Below, piece after piece: positions 31,992 through 42,263 of a stretch of 64,000 nucleotides of DNA. Under the pieces are notes generated by a model. The model saw only the letters and a list, made by a program, of their open reading frames with translations. It searched no databases and was not told where the DNA came from. Where the stretch lies: sequence record OQ992558.1; one strand, written 5' to 3'. The first letter of the stretch is position 1; every line of letters starts with the position of its first letter. The DNA is from Escherichia phage L14. The position numbers and the translations under genes were made by a program.

Positions 31992-32271
31992 ATTGAATCA
32001 CCTTCAGTTGACGTTTTAGTTCTTTTATCATTTCTTCGTTCATCGCAATATAAAGATCGCGTAAAGCAGGTTTTAACATTCCATTTACTGGAGAACTAAA
32101 TGGACATACATAATCTTTTCCTACGAGCTTTTTGGTGAATTCCATATCACAGAACTGAAATGCCGGTTCATTGGCATAAATTCCCCAATTAGTTGACATC
32201 ATTTTATTGGCATATTCCAACGCCTGGATTTGATTCTTAATTCCATCAATTTGAAACTTTTTAATATTCAT
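31975..32271 (-). CDS. hypothetical protein (98 aa)
   Basis: ORF in arn-motA interval. Confidence 0.45.
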   Translation of the reverse strand: MNIKKFQIDGIKNQIQALEYANKMMSTNWGIYANEPAFQFCDMEFTKKLVGKDYVCPFSSPVNGMLKPALRDLYIAMNEEMIKELKRQLKVIQFGQGN

Positions 32272-32732
32272 TAGTAAAGGTCCTCAGAGTAAAGTTCTTT
32301 TTCACTACCACCGCGTTCAATACGTACTTGTCCGGCGTAAGTTGCAATAATCATTGCTTCTTCACGTGTCCAGTAATTGCTATACTGATCAATAAACCCT
32401 TGGTCATCATCACAAACTTGCTGAGTAACTAATTGGGGTTTAACTACATCTAAAACTTCTGCCATATCTTTAGAATAATGACGAGCACCTGGAATAACAA
32501 GAGTTCGTCCATCTTTTAATTTAAAACGGTTGGCGGCACAAACAATTCGTCGTTGATACTTTTGGTTTTCATCCCAGTATGCGGTCTGCCAACAGATTTC
32601 AGGAACTTCTTTTAGAATATCTTCTTCTGTGCATTTATAACCATGCGCTTTAAATTTTTCAACAAGACTTTCTGGAGTTTCACGACATAAAGGAACATTC
32701 AGCATTTTTAAACGATTAATAAATGGGTTCAT
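32271..32732 (-). CDS. hypothetical protein (153 aa)
   Basis: ORF in arn-motA interval. Confidence 0.45.
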   Translation of the reverse strand: MNPFINRLKMLNVPLCRETPESLVEKFKAHGYKCTEEDILKEVPEICWQTAYWDENQKYQRRIVCAANRFKLKDGRTLVIPGARHYSKDMAEVLDVVKPQLVTQQVCDDDQGFIDQYSNYWTREEAMIIATYAGQVRIERGGSEKELYSEDLY

Positions 32733-33058
32733 TTAAACCATCCTTTAATACGTTGCCATAAAGTTTTCTGTTGAGCTTTGTTAACACCAATTGAACGAAT
32801 AACTGGTTGAGATTCCTGAAATTCTTTATAATCAGCAAGGTAAATTTCGTAAGCTGCATCCGTAAATGAACTTATCGCTGCCATAAAATTATTGCGAATA
32901 CCTACTGGAGCATCTTTACTTTCACGAATAATCATGTATTTACCAGTCTTAATCTTTACGATAGTTCCAAGATAAGCTCCATGGTACCAGATGTCCCAAC
33001 CCTCTTGAGTAGGTTCTACACAACGACGAAGTTCATTGACAATTTCTAACTTGTTCAT
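32729..33058 (-). CDS. hypothetical protein (109 aa)
   Basis: ORF in arn-motA interval. Confidence 0.45.
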   Translation of the reverse strand: MNKLEIVNELRRCVEPTQEGWDIWYHGAYLGTIVKIKTGKYMIIRESKDAPVGIRNNFMAAISSFTDAAYEIYLADYKEFQESQPVIRSIGVNKAQQKTLWQRIKGWFK

Positions 33059-33068
33059 TATTTATTCC

Positions 33069-33704
33069 TCACAGTTCAGATGCTACAGTGATTACAGCTT
33101 CAATGTTTTCTGCCGAGCGTTTAATGTCAAGATACACATTACCGTTTTTAGCGATTTTACATGACATTCCGATATCAGTAAATTTCTGAATATGGTGTTC
33201 CATCATTTTGTATCCAAAAATTCGCATATTTCCGTTGTTGTTAATTTCAAAATTGCGAATTCCGTGAGTACGTTTTTCTAAAATAGCAAGATAGTTACTG
33301 CGGTAAGTTTCAACTTTTTTAAGAACAAATCCATTTTCATCTAAAAGTTTTAGCATAAGGTCTTTATCTTCTTCCATATCGGAAGTAATCTCACGAGCTT
33401 TACGAGTTGCTCGTTTTTTCAGTAGTTCAGGAGCATTTTCCTGTGCATATAAAGTTGCTGCATTTGAAATAATATCCTGAGCTTCTCCTGTAATGATTAA
33501 TCCATCACCAGATTTCTCTACCAGACCTTTTTTAATCAATACCCCAATATTACTATTAACTACTGCATTACCTAAATCTGGATGCACCTCACGAACTTCT
33601 GCAGCTGTAATGAAATCTTTCTTAGCAATGGTAATTAAAATCGCAGCAGTTTTTTCATTCAGAACATCGTTAGAAGCTTTGATGATGTAAGTTACTTTAG
33701 ACAT
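33069..33704 (-). CDS. motA: MotA middle-transcription activator (211 aa)
   Basis: Matches recalled T4 MotA in length and sequence. Confidence 0.9.
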   Translation of the reverse strand: MSKVTYIIKASNDVLNEKTAAILITIAKKDFITAAEVREVHPDLGNAVVNSNIGVLIKKGLVEKSGDGLIITGEAQDIISNAATLYAQENAPELLKKRATRKAREITSDMEEDKDLMLKLLDENGFVLKKVETYRSNYLAILEKRTHGIRNFEINNNGNMRIFGYKMMEHHIQKFTDIGMSCKIAKNGNVYLDIKRSAENIEAVITVASEL

Positions 33705-33741
33705 TTTAATCTCCGTTTCAGTTCATTTATTTGATAGGTCT

Positions 33742-33770
33742 ATAGTATCACGTTTAAAGCAGAAGTAAAC
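33742..33770 (-). promoter_or_regulatory. T4-early-type promoter upstream of motA
   Basis: plus gtaaac 33765-33770, atagta 33742-33747. Confidence 0.45.
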
Positions 33771-33809
33771 ACTTTTTTGCACTATTTTTCAAGAGCTCTA
33801 ATAAAGTAC

Positions 33810-34037
33810 TTACTTAATGTTCAGATTACGAACTTCGATTTCGTCTTCATGGGCAAAATCAAACTGTTTGAATTCTGTGTCACCTTTAAATTTAAAAATC
33901 ATTGTGAAGAAAGTCAGAACACCAGGTTTTTCTTCACGAACTCCACAAATATCATATTCAATACCATCTACAACCAGTTTGTTAGCAGTCAGAGCATTTT
34001 TAGCTTTAACGATTTCGTTTTCGATTTTAAATTTCAT
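33810..34037 (-). CDS. hypothetical protein (75 aa), motA.1 position
   Basis: ORF between motA and 52. Confidence 0.5.
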   Translation of the reverse strand: MKFKIENEIVKAKNALTANKLVVDGIEYDICGVREEKPGVLTFFTMIFKFKGDTEFKQFDFAHEDEIEVRNLNIK

Positions 34038-34086
34038 TTTTTGTATCTCCGGGTTGTTTGTTTCAGTTCATTTATTTGATAGTTGT

Positions 34087-34116
34087 ATAGTACCATAAAG
34101 CTTTATGCTTGTAAAC
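34087..34116 (-). promoter_or_regulatory. T4-early-type promoter
   Basis: plus gtaaac 34111-34116, atagta 34087-34092; repeated module. Confidence 0.45.
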
Positions 34117-34139
34117 CGTTTTGTGAAAAAATTTTGAAA

Positions 34140-34166
34140 TAAAAAAGGGAGAGCCGAGGCTCTCCC
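34140..34166 (-). terminator. rho-independent terminator (GGGAGAGCC/GGCUCUCCC stem + U-tract)
   Basis: 8-bp GC-rich stem followed by UUUUUU on minus strand. Confidence 0.65.
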
Positions 34167-34171
34167 TAAAA

Positions 34172-34321
34172 TTACTGCATGACTGTGATAACTGTCATGA
34201 TAACACGTTGAATTCCGAACGCAAGAAGACCTCCTGCTACGGCAGGAACAACACCTAAACCCGACAGTAAAATGCCACCAGATACTAATGCAGCGCTTGT
34301 AATACCTATGAATGGACTCAT
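34172..34321 (-). CDS. small hydrophobic membrane protein (49 aa)
   Basis: Hand-translated; ATGA overlap with gene 52 stop; below ORF-track cut-off. Confidence 0.4.
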   Translation of the reverse strand: MSPFIGITSAALVSGGILLSGLGVVPAVAGGLLAFGIQRVIMTVITVMQ

Positions 34322-35646
34322 TTGATTTCCTCTAAATCTTTGGTGTATTCTGTAACTACATCAGTAGTTTTCCAATATTCGTTTTCTTCTTTTTTAGCTT
34401 TAGCTTCTTCAGCAAGTTTCTTTGCTTCGTCGGAAGTCATATGAAAAATATTCATTCCAACTAGTTTATCAACATAAGAAGAATACATATCAATTTTAGA
34501 AAGTTCTTCGGTCAGTTCTTTGCGAGTTTTACCCTGCACAACAATTTCACCTGAAATTACTTTCTTAATGAAATGTGCCTTGGCAAAAGCTAAACGAAAT
34601 GCTGATTCAGTTTCTTTGATTTTGTTATCAATTCGTTTTTGGACATAAGTTTTACGAACTTCAACGAAGTCTTTGATTAAATCAACTACATTATCGTAAA
34701 CTTGCAGCTTTCCTTTCTCATTAATGACGGTAATATTCTGGGAACGACGCTCAATCAACCCGAAGTCTTTCATAATTTTTGCATGGCGTTCTTCTTCATT
34801 ATCGCTTAAGGAATATTCTTTTCGGAATTTAACTTTGAAGCCAAAGCCATGCTCACCACAAGCATCATCCCATGTAATGAAGCCTTTATCTTCAAGCGGG
34901 TCTAAGATTTTACTCACATAAGTTTCACGATCATACTTATATGGAATCTCAGTGATATGCATTTGAGTTCGTGAAGTAAACTTATATGTTCCACGAATTT
35001 CATATTGCCCATCAATTTCAACGACTTCACCACGAAATTCTGGGAATTCTACCTTCGGTTTAGTTACTTTCTTTCCTTGAAGAGCTTGCAGTACAGCTTT
35101 CTTGACAGAAGAAACACTATGAGGAAGAATGTAAGTTGCATAACCAGTTGCAATACCGGAAACGCCATTAAGAAGAACAGTAGGAATAATAGGCAAATAG
35201 AAAGCAGGCGGAATGTGTTCTTTATCTTGATGTACTGGAGCATATTCAGTATCTTTATATACGTTATAGAAATTTTTACTTACACGAGCAAAAATATAAC
35301 GACTTGCTGCTGCCTTTTGGACAGTACGAGAACCAAAGTTTCCTTGACCGTCTAACAGAGGAAAGTTATTATTCCAAGTGTTAGCCATCAAAGCACCTGC
35401 GTCTTGCGCAGAGTTTTCACCATGATGATATCCAAGGTCCGCTACACCGCCTGCGATAGAAGCGAGTTTGTGAAACTTATCTTTATTTCCTCGTGCCAAA
35501 TCAAGAGCTCGAGCAATAACAAATCGTTGAACTGGCTTAAATCCGTCAATCATATTTGGAATGGCACGATTTTCAACCGTGTACATAGCATAAGCCAATG
35601 CTTCATTATCAATGATACTTTTTAAATCACGATTATTCAGTTGCAT
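34318..35646 (-). CDS. 52: gp52 topoisomerase II medium subunit (442 aa)
   Basis: Type II topoisomerase DNA-cleavage domain; matches recalled T4 gp52. Confidence 0.93.
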   Translation of the reverse strand: MQLNNRDLKSIIDNEALAYAMYTVENRAIPNMIDGFKPVQRFVIARALDLARGNKDKFHKLASIAGGVADLGYHHGENSAQDAGALMANTWNNNFPLLDGQGNFGSRTVQKAAASRYIFARVSKNFYNVYKDTEYAPVHQDKEHIPPAFYLPIIPTVLLNGVSGIATGYATYILPHSVSSVKKAVLQALQGKKVTKPKVEFPEFRGEVVEIDGQYEIRGTYKFTSRTQMHITEIPYKYDRETYVSKILDPLEDKGFITWDDACGEHGFGFKVKFRKEYSLSDNEEERHAKIMKDFGLIERRSQNITVINEKGKLQVYDNVVDLIKDFVEVRKTYVQKRIDNKIKETESAFRLAFAKAHFIKKVISGEIVVQGKTRKELTEELSKIDMYSSYVDKLVGMNIFHMTSDEAKKLAEEAKAKKEENEYWKTTDVVTEYTKDLEEIK

Positions 35647-35650
35647 AAAT

Positions 35651-35791
35651 TTACCATACTAGTGAATGTAGTGCCATAATAACATCAGAAATGAAAAGCA
35701 CGACTTGAATTAATCCGAACATTATTCCGTAATATAATGCTATCAATAAAATAGCAAGGGCTAATGAATAGCCCAAGATTTTCTTAATCAT
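35651..35791 (-). CDS. small hydrophobic protein (46 aa)
   Basis: Hand-translated; overlaps next ORF by ATGATTAA. Confidence 0.35.
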   Translation of the reverse strand: MIKKILGYSLALAILLIALYYGIMFGLIQVVLFISDVIMALHSLVW

Positions 35792-35942
35792 TAGTAGATA
35801 ACAACACAAATGTTAAATATGCACACATACCCTGAGCTAAAGCTTGCGAAAACACACTGCTGGCATCAATACAGATAGTTAAAACACATGCTACTATCCA
35901 ACAAATAAATGAAATAACTCCTAATAATTTTGCGATATTCAT
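35784..35942 (-). CDS. small hydrophobic protein (52 aa), ac-like by size and position
   Basis: Hand-translated; GAGGAAAA RBS 6 nt upstream of ATG. Confidence 0.4.
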   Translation of the reverse strand: MNIAKLLGVISFICWIVACVLTICIDASSVFSQALAQGMCAYLTFVLLSTND

Positions 35943-35954
35943 ATTTTCCTCACT

Positions 35955-35970
35955 GGCGTCCGAAGACGCC
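35955..35970 (-). promoter_or_regulatory. UUCG-loop stem-loop (GGCGUC-UUCG-GACGCC) upstream of RBS
   Basis: 6-bp stem read directly. Confidence 0.5.
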
Positions 35971-36029
35971 TTTAGTTTTAAGATTATTACGATAGAACTG
36001 CATCACGTGTTCGTTGTGGAAATTACTCA

Positions 36030-36488
36030 TTAATATGCCTGCAAAACGAATTTAAAATTATCAGCCAACATACGGTTCATTTCTTCAAGTGTTTGATACT
36101 CAGAATGATGATTACGAGTAAACGCTAAAGCTAACTGTCCTTTTCCAAATCCCGTCGTCAGAGGTTTCATCTTAGAAGCAGGCAGATAAAATACTGTGTA
36201 TGGAACATTGTTATTTGCAATAGTACGTGCAAGCTGAGACCGACGTTGACGAATATGACTTAGAACTGCACTGAATCCTTGCTTAGAACGCTGATTACCT
36301 ACATAAAATCGTGCAGACACGCATGGATTACTAAATGGACGACCATCTAATTTACTCACTAAAAAGTAAAATCCAGGTTTAGATAAAAAGTCTTTATGCG
36401 GAGTTCCCAAAAACCATTCACCGTTCTTGATTGTACCAATAACGGTAGCGCCCGCATTATTCAGATCAGTAACAGTCATGTATTTCAT
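36030..36488 (-). CDS. ndd: Ndd nucleoid-disruption protein (152 aa; start at MKYMTV with AGAGGAAA RBS)
   Basis: Matches recalled T4 Ndd. Confidence 0.8.
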
Positions 36489-36548
36489 ATTAATTTCCTC
36501 TAAATTATTTTCTACTCCAAGGCCGCATGAATACACACGGCCATTAAA

Positions 36549-36764
36549 TTAATCGTCGCAGTCGACGCTCAATTCCCAAAACTCTTCTACAGTATAAGTT
36601 TCAGTATCATTTTCAATACAGAAACGTTCATTACTATTATTTGCTAAAGTAGCATTAACTGTCGGTTTCTCGCTAGTGCTCTTAAGAGGTGAAATACGAA
36701 TTAACTGATCACCGTTATCTAAACAGAAAATTTCACCAACTTTTACATCTTTAAAACTTTTCAT
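36549..36764 (-). CDS. hypothetical protein (71 aa)
   Basis: ORF in ndd-denB interval. Confidence 0.45.
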   Translation of the reverse strand: MKSFKDVKVGEIFCLDNGDQLIRISPLKSTSEKPTVNATLANNSNERFCIENDTETYTVEEFWELSVDCDD

Positions 36765-36879
36765 AATTCACCTCAAGGAGTATAAAATCCGAATGCAGTT
36801 GTTGACCATCCCATCCAGTATAGGAAATTTGCACCAATGTAAAACATAAGAATATAAAACCAACCGCTCAGCAAATTCA

Positions 36880-37098
36880 TTATTTTACACCATTCCAAAT
36901 TGTTTCAACCACGGATTTTAAACCATTTTGATGAATATCAATTCCGACTACTGTCATCAAATAGATTCCAACCACAACTGAACCCAAGGCGAAAATCAGC
37001 ATGAAAATGAATAAAGCCGGAAAAATATTATCGAAAAACCATTCAATAAATGTAAAAGCACTGCGTTTACGCTTCATATTTTCCTCACATAAATCCAA
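36880..37098 (-). CDS. small membrane protein (72 aa)
   Basis: Two hydrophobic helices. Confidence 0.45.
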   Translation of the reverse strand: MDLCEENMKRKRSAFTFIEWFFDNIFPALFIFMLIFALGSVVVGIYLMTVVGIDIHQNGLKSVVETIWNGVK

Positions 37099-37198
37099 AG
37101 TAAGCGTTTAATACATCAATCATTAAAACGATTGGGAATATACTCAAAACTATTAGTATTATAACTACATTCCATATAGCTTTAATAATCTTTTTCAT
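37085..37198 (-). CDS. small membrane peptide (37 aa; start at internal Met with GGAGG RBS)
   Basis: RBS-supported start; ORF-track extension upstream lacks RBS. Confidence 0.3.
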   Translation of the reverse strand: MKKIIKAIWNVVIILIVLSIFPIVLMIDVLNAYFGFM

Positions 37199-37226
37199 TT
37201 TCTGTTCCTCCGTAGTTGATAGAGTA

Positions 37227-37256
37227 ATAGTACCACGGAAGAACAGTCTTGTAAAC
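37227..37256 (-). promoter_or_regulatory. T4-early-type promoter
   Basis: plus gtaaac 37251-37256, atagta 37227-37232. Confidence 0.4.
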
Positions 37257-37441
37257 AACTTTTTTAAAAATATTCGTAATAAATGTGAATACCAACTACT
37301 ACCGCTGAAACCTGTGCAACCCACCACGCGCAAGCAATAAGTACAGAATTCAAAATTTTCATAATAACCTCATTACAAAAGTAAATGTTAAACAAATTAC
37401 TGGAATACTAATTAACCAAACAAAACACCACCATAATGAAC

Positions 37442-37705
37442 TCATAGTTCAATCTCAACGATTTTCATTTCATTACTATTAATAGCCTCTTTAAGACTAT
37501 CTGAAAGAATTACATTCCAGTGGTCATTCATATGACCATTAACTAAGCGTGTAATTTCTTCAGGAGTTGAAAAATAAGGCTGATCGGACTCCCAATGCGA
37601 TAATCCTAAGCGAGTATAAATCATACCTTCATCATCGCTAGAATATTCAACTGACACAAACTCATCAGTTATTTTATGCTTAGCATAATAAAATTTAAAT
37701 TTCAT
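37442..37705 (-). CDS. hypothetical protein (87 aa; start at internal Met with GGAGAG RBS)
   Basis: RBS-supported start. Confidence 0.45.
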   Translation of the reverse strand: MKFKFYYAKHKITDEFVSVEYSSDDEGMIYTRLGLSHWESDQPYFSTPEEITRLVNGHMNDHWNVILSDSLKEAINSNEMKIVEIEL

Positions 37706-37739
37706 TTTACTCTCCAAATCCGTATCAGTTGATAGTTGT

Positions 37740-37769
37740 ATAGTACCACGGTCCTTGTGGTATGTAAAC
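37740..37769 (-). promoter_or_regulatory. T4-early-type promoter
   Basis: plus gtaaac 37764-37769, atagta 37740-37745; repeated module. Confidence 0.45.
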
Positions 37770-37785
37770 CGTTTTGTGAAAATTT

Positions 37786-38343
37786 TTAAATGGAAAGATA
37801 CCATCCGTTGTAGTTGCTTTTTCTTACAACCTTACGAAGGTCTTCTCTATCACCGATGAACTTCGGAGTGTACTGGATGACACCTGGGTGAATTTCTTTA
37901 GTGTTGAATATAATTATACAGTCAGCGACCTGATGATTCAGAATGGGCCCTAGATTTATTCCAGAACCGTATGGATACTCTCCGCTGCATCCTGTTGTTA
38001 CAGAAATCCAACGTGAGTCAGTTTGATGTGTCTTAACTTCTACACGAAGCCCACAGTATCTTGGATGTGCTAAAACATCCCATGCATATGTATACGGATC
38101 ATCGACATCTTCTTGGCCTTTATTGACATATCCGCTTAGCCAATCTGCCACAAAAAACTCTGCGTACACAGCGATACGACATCTTTCGATAACTTCTGCC
38201 TTATCCTGATTTGGGTTTTGTTTTAAAGAGTATCTTGCAGTATCAGCAATTTTGACCTTCATTTCACTAGTCAAGTCACTGTTCGATAGGGTAAATGTCG
38301 GAATCTGAAATAGTCTCTGTAAACCCGGATTCGTTTTCTGCAT
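37786..38343 (-). CDS. denB: endonuclease IV-like (185 aa)
   Basis: Length and position (between ndd and rIIB) as T4 denB; AAGGAAA RBS. Confidence 0.65.
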   Translation of the reverse strand: MQKTNPGLQRLFQIPTFTLSNSDLTSEMKVKIADTARYSLKQNPNQDKAEVIERCRIAVYAEFFVADWLSGYVNKGQEDVDDPYTYAWDVLAHPRYCGLRVEVKTHQTDSRWISVTTGCSGEYPYGSGINLGPILNHQVADCIIIFNTKEIHPGVIQYTPKFIGDREDLRKVVRKSNYNGWYLSI

Positions 38344-38593
38344 TTAGACTTTCCTTTTTACCGCTGAGATAAGCGTTATATACTTTAAGAGTGCCGTAAT
38401 AAATTCGGTCATTTTCATCTAAAGACTCACGGTCAAGTTCATCGAGTTCCTTTTTATCCATGACTATAACATCATTGCAGTAAAGAAACCCAAGTTTTTC
38501 GTGACCAAACTCAAATTTATTGCAGTACACAATATTAGCGTGATGATTTCCGTGTAGATTAATCTCTTTTATGTCGGAATCACCGATATTCAT
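38276..38593 (-). CDS. hypothetical protein (105 aa)
   Basis: ORF; 3' end overlaps denB start by 68 nt. Confidence 0.4.
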   Translation of the reverse strand: MNIGDSDIKEINLHGNHHANIVYCNKFEFGHEKLGFLYCNDVIVMDKKELDELDRESLDENDRIYYGTLKVYNAYLSGKKESLNAENESGFTETISDSDIYPIEQ

Positions 38594-38625
38594 ACAATAA
38601 ATCATAATTTTTCCTTAAAACAAAA

Positions 38626-38637
38626 GGGCCGAAGCCC
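38626..38637 (-). promoter_or_regulatory. UUCG-loop stem-loop
   Basis: gggc cgaa gccc inverted repeat. Confidence 0.4.
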
Positions 38638-38643
38638 CTTATT

Positions 38644-38838
38644 TTATTTGAATTGTGCAATTCTTTTTTCTAAACAATCTGCGTAAGATTTCATTGAGAT
38701 GAACTGTGAAAGCAGTAATTCTTGCTCAACTTCATTAATCGTTAGAAACTTTGTGCTTTCTAAAAATTTGCTCAGTGCATTAATTTTGAGCATTAATTGA
38801 TCGTATTCTTCTTTTACTCGTGCTTGATAACCTAACAT
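38644..38838 (-). CDS. hypothetical protein (64 aa)
   Basis: ORF between rIIB and denB. Confidence 0.45.
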   Translation of the reverse strand: MLGYQARVKEEYDQLMLKINALSKFLESTKFLTINEVEQELLLSQFISMKSYADCLEKRIAQFK

Positions 38839-38852
38839 AATTTTCCTTAGTT

Positions 38853-38868
38853 AAGGGCCGAAGCCCTT
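38853..38868 (-). promoter_or_regulatory. UUCG-loop stem-loop (AAGGGC-UUCG-GCCCUU)
   Basis: 6-bp stem immediately downstream of rIIB stop. Confidence 0.5.
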
Positions 38869-39805
38869 ATTTAAATTGTTCAGTAACGTCTTCAACTACT
38901 TCGTATTGGCAGGTACGCATTTTAGCATCGTTGTAATCAATCGGAATTGATACTACATCACGCGGATGCACTTTAACTTTTACAACTCGACTGGTTGAAC
39001 TGCCAAAGTGACGAATATAAGATTTAGAACACACATGCAGACCACGAGAACAAGTTTGTGTATCATCGTCATTCACACGAGTACGTGGCATTTTAACTAC
39101 TTTACCAGGACTGTTATCAAAAGTATTTGAATGACAGTCAAAGTAATTGCTGCGAACTACTTTCCAAGCATAGAAGTAACCATCTTCTGTAATTTCAATA
39201 TCGTTTGCTACCAAGAAATCAAAGAGTCGAGATACCGCTTTTTGGCTTGGGTTTTCCAACAGATTTTCCAAGAACGGAAAATAAAATTCAAAGTTTTCGC
39301 CTTTTTCCATCGAATCGAGAATACGATCAACTAAACCAGACCGCAATTCAATATTTTGATAGAACAAGCTTCCACCTTCAATTCGAACATCACCGGAAAT
39401 ATATTTTTCAACGGCGCGACGAACGTTAATTTTTTGCGCCGCTTCTTCCAATTTATCTGTAACAAGCAGATTAAGAATTTCCTGGAAGTTTGAATGAGTA
39501 TTAGGAGTTGCGTTATAAGTTACACCGTCAACAGTAATTGAAATGAATTTTTTAGATGCATTCCAAATAATGTCAGATTTAGCAACTGGAGCAATAACTG
39601 CATCGCTATTAACTTTAACTGTAATGTCACCGCTAATAGTAACTTTAGAGCGTTCTGCTTCTTCAGCATTTTTCAAAACACGACGGATTGTGTCAACCGA
39701 TACACCTTGCCAATCAGCCAATTCCTGCTGGGTGTAATTACCACTTGAATACAGTTTAACAATTTCAGCTTGTTCGTTTTTGGTCAGGCATTTAATATTG
39801 TACAT
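38867..39805 (-). CDS. rIIB: rIIB (312 aa)
   Basis: Matches recalled T4 rIIB length and N-terminus. Confidence 0.9.
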   Translation of the reverse strand: MYNIKCLTKNEQAEIVKLYSSGNYTQQELADWQGVSVDTIRRVLKNAEEAERSKVTISGDITVKVNSDAVIAPVAKSDIIWNASKKFISITVDGVTYNATPNTHSNFQEILNLLVTDKLEEAAQKINVRRAVEKYISGDVRIEGGSLFYQNIELRSGLVDRILDSMEKGENFEFYFPFLENLLENPSQKAVSRLFDFLVANDIEITEDGYFYAWKVVRSNYFDCHSNTFDNSPGKVVKMPRTRVNDDDTQTCSRGLHVCSKSYIRHFGSSTSRVVKVKVHPRDVVSIPIDYNDAKMRTCQYEVVEDVTEQFK

Positions 39806-39816
39806 AATTTTCCTTA

Positions 39817-41994
39817 TTAGGCCGCAAGGGCCTTCATAGTTTTAGCGATTTGAGAAACTTCATCATCACTTAAAGAGTTGCGATATCCGATGAAGTCGGA
39901 AACAATACGGAATTTCTTGGTAAACTCAGCAACCATTTTATCACTGTTTTTTGAAGCATTATTTGATAATACATCAAAAAGATTAGTTACTGTCCAGATA
40001 TCATGACCGATGGTATCTTTTCCACCATTAAAATATACACCGCGCAATGAACTAACTATATTAGCGAGTCGTGTATATTCTTCAGAAACTTCATCTGTAC
40101 TGAAGTACTTCATCATAAAATCTAGTTCAGGATACTTGATAATTTTATCAATATATCGTTGAGCTGAACTTGAATAACCTACATACTTATCATAATCTAC
40201 ATCATCAAAAGCATCTACATATAAATCACGCAAAGCTTCAAAAATACATTGGCACTGACCGAGTTCTTTTACCTTTTTCTGTAAAAGCGGACGAATAACA
40301 TAAAATTCATTAATGCCAATAAGATTAGCCATACGAATCAAAATATTCATAGATGGATGACAAAGAGATGTAGTACCATCCATAGAGAAAATATCAGAAC
40401 GATGCATATACGCTACATAACCAGTAATTTCATCTGCTTCTGATGTGAGCGTAAACAGTTCCTCTTTTTCCCATCGCCCATCTTTAATTTCAAACTTAAA
40501 TGCTGTAGCAGCTTTAGGACGAGGAGCTTTACTTTTAACTACCTTTGGAATATAGCTTTTAACTAAAGCTTCAATTTCTGACAAATAATGAATGTTAACT
40601 TCATCACTTTCAAACATCGCCATAATATCAGGAAGTAAATCAATCTGCGATTCTACTTCTGGATTAATAAACAGAAGACGCTCATTGTGATGAATATTCA
40701 AAGTGTTATTAAATTCACTATCATCTAACGCATGTGCTAATCCACGGACAATATTAACACGATTTTTAATATTATCAATAACGATATTAATTTTTGTTGT
40801 ATTAATACCGAACAGACGATAACTTGATGCAACGGCTGAAGTTTCATGACTTTGCTTAATGCGTTTCAGTCGAGGGTCAAGATTTACTTCATACACAACT
40901 CCTGCATTGCATAGTTTACTATCAGGTTCAAACATGCTTTGCATCTTTTTATATGACAGATTTTTAGTCGTAAATTTGACTGAATTACTAATCATATAAT
41001 CTCGAGCAGAATATCCCATCTTCATCAATTCACGGTATGTATGACGAGGAGATGTAGATTCTTTAAATCGTTTTACATCTTCATTGAATGCCTTCTCACT
41101 AAGCTCTTTAACGCGCTCAATAATATTTTTACGAGTACGATCATCTAGTGAAAGAGCTTCGCGTGATGGAGCAATATCAAGTGAACCCATTGGAAACTTA
41201 ATGTAATTCACTTCATTGCGGATGCTTAACCAGTTACGGTCTCTAATAACGCCATCGATAGGATAAACAATACCACCATAGATAGCATACAATCCACCAC
41301 GATCTGGCCAATATCTTTCTGGATTTACGCCGTAATAGTCATCAAAATCCGGAAAATAATCAATTTCGCGGTCAAGACCATTAATGATAGCCAAATCTTT
41401 GAATGGTCGCATGATATAAGAAACTTCATAAGCAAAGTTTCTAAAGTCCTTTTCTTCAACTGGAACTACGATTTCAATACCAGTTTTATCATCTGGACCC
41501 ATTTCTTTTACGAACGTAGGTTTAATTTGCGGACCATCACCATCCATGTAAGCTACATAACCACGAATTTCGCCTTTATGATATGAAGTAATACTAAATG
41601 TATCAGTATAACTAAACGGAGATTTAGAACCTAAACCAAATCCACCAATGAAATCGTTAGATTCAGCCTTAGATGAACTAAAGTATGAATTATACAACCC
41701 AGGAGAATTATCATCACCTTGAATATCAAAATCGCTCATACCCGGACCAAAATCTCGGCAAACAAATCGCGGATCTAATCGTCCTGGAACTTGAATGATA
41801 AATTTTTCATGATTTCCATTGAGAGCATGGGCGTCAATCATGTTGGTAATCAATTCACGGACTACTGCGCGAATCTTGTTTGTATACAAATCAGATGACA
41901 GAATTTTAAATACTTTAGGAGATGCTGTGATGCTAAATGCTTTTGATTTAGAACCATTGCCAAGAATTGTTTCTTTTTCAGTGGTGATAATCAT
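39817..41994 (-). CDS. rIIA: rIIA (725 aa)
   Basis: Matches recalled T4 rIIA length; GHKL-type ATPase-like N-terminus. Confidence 0.92.
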   Translation of the reverse strand: MIITTEKETILGNGSKSKAFSITASPKVFKILSSDLYTNKIRAVVRELITNMIDAHALNGNHEKFIIQVPGRLDPRFVCRDFGPGMSDFDIQGDDNSPGLYNSYFSSSKAESNDFIGGFGLGSKSPFSYTDTFSITSYHKGEIRGYVAYMDGDGPQIKPTFVKEMGPDDKTGIEIVVPVEEKDFRNFAYEVSYIMRPFKDLAIINGLDREIDYFPDFDDYYGVNPERYWPDRGGLYAIYGGIVYPIDGVIRDRNWLSIRNEVNYIKFPMGSLDIAPSREALSLDDRTRKNIIERVKELSEKAFNEDVKRFKESTSPRHTYRELMKMGYSARDYMISNSVKFTTKNLSYKKMQSMFEPDSKLCNAGVVYEVNLDPRLKRIKQSHETSAVASSYRLFGINTTKINIVIDNIKNRVNIVRGLAHALDDSEFNNTLNIHHNERLLFINPEVESQIDLLPDIMAMFESDEVNIHYLSEIEALVKSYIPKVVKSKAPRPKAATAFKFEIKDGRWEKEELFTLTSEADEITGYVAYMHRSDIFSMDGTTSLCHPSMNILIRMANLIGINEFYVIRPLLQKKVKELGQCQCIFEALRDLYVDAFDDVDYDKYVGYSSSAQRYIDKIIKYPELDFMMKYFSTDEVSEEYTRLANIVSSLRGVYFNGGKDTIGHDIWTVTNLFDVLSNNASKNSDKMVAEFTKKFRIVSDFIGYRNSLSDDEVSQIAKTMKALAA
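39819..39833 (-). promoter_or_regulatory. stem-loop at rIIA/rIIB junction
   Basis: aggcc gcaag ggcct inverted repeat. Confidence 0.4.
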
Positions 41995-42004
41995 AATTTC
42001 CTCA

Positions 42005-42208
42005 TTAATTCATATTACGCTTAATAACTTCAGCAACTTCTAGTAATTCATCTTTAGTTGCAGTGTCGGATTGAATTTTATCTCTAATATCTTTAAAGCG
42101 GTTTTTAAATTCTTCGGCTTCTCCCATATCGAAAAAGCGTTGAATGATTCTATATTCTCGATGAACTGCTTTATCAAAAAGTTCTAAATTTACTTTATAT
42201 GATTTCAT
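42005..42208 (-). CDS. hypothetical protein (67 aa), rIIA.1 position
   Basis: ORF between 39 and rIIA. Confidence 0.5.
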   Translation of the reverse strand: MKSYKVNLELFDKAVHREYRIIQRFFDMGEAEEFKNRFKDIRDKIQSDTATKDELLEVAEVIKRNMN

Positions 42209-42233
42209 TTCAATATCCTCATTTGCCCAATTA

Positions 42234-42263
42234 ATTATACCACATCCTTGTGGTAAAGTAAAC
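42234..42263 (-). promoter_or_regulatory. T4-early-type promoter (GTTTAC / TATAAT)
   Basis: plus gtaaac 42258-42263, attata 42234-42239. Confidence 0.45.
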
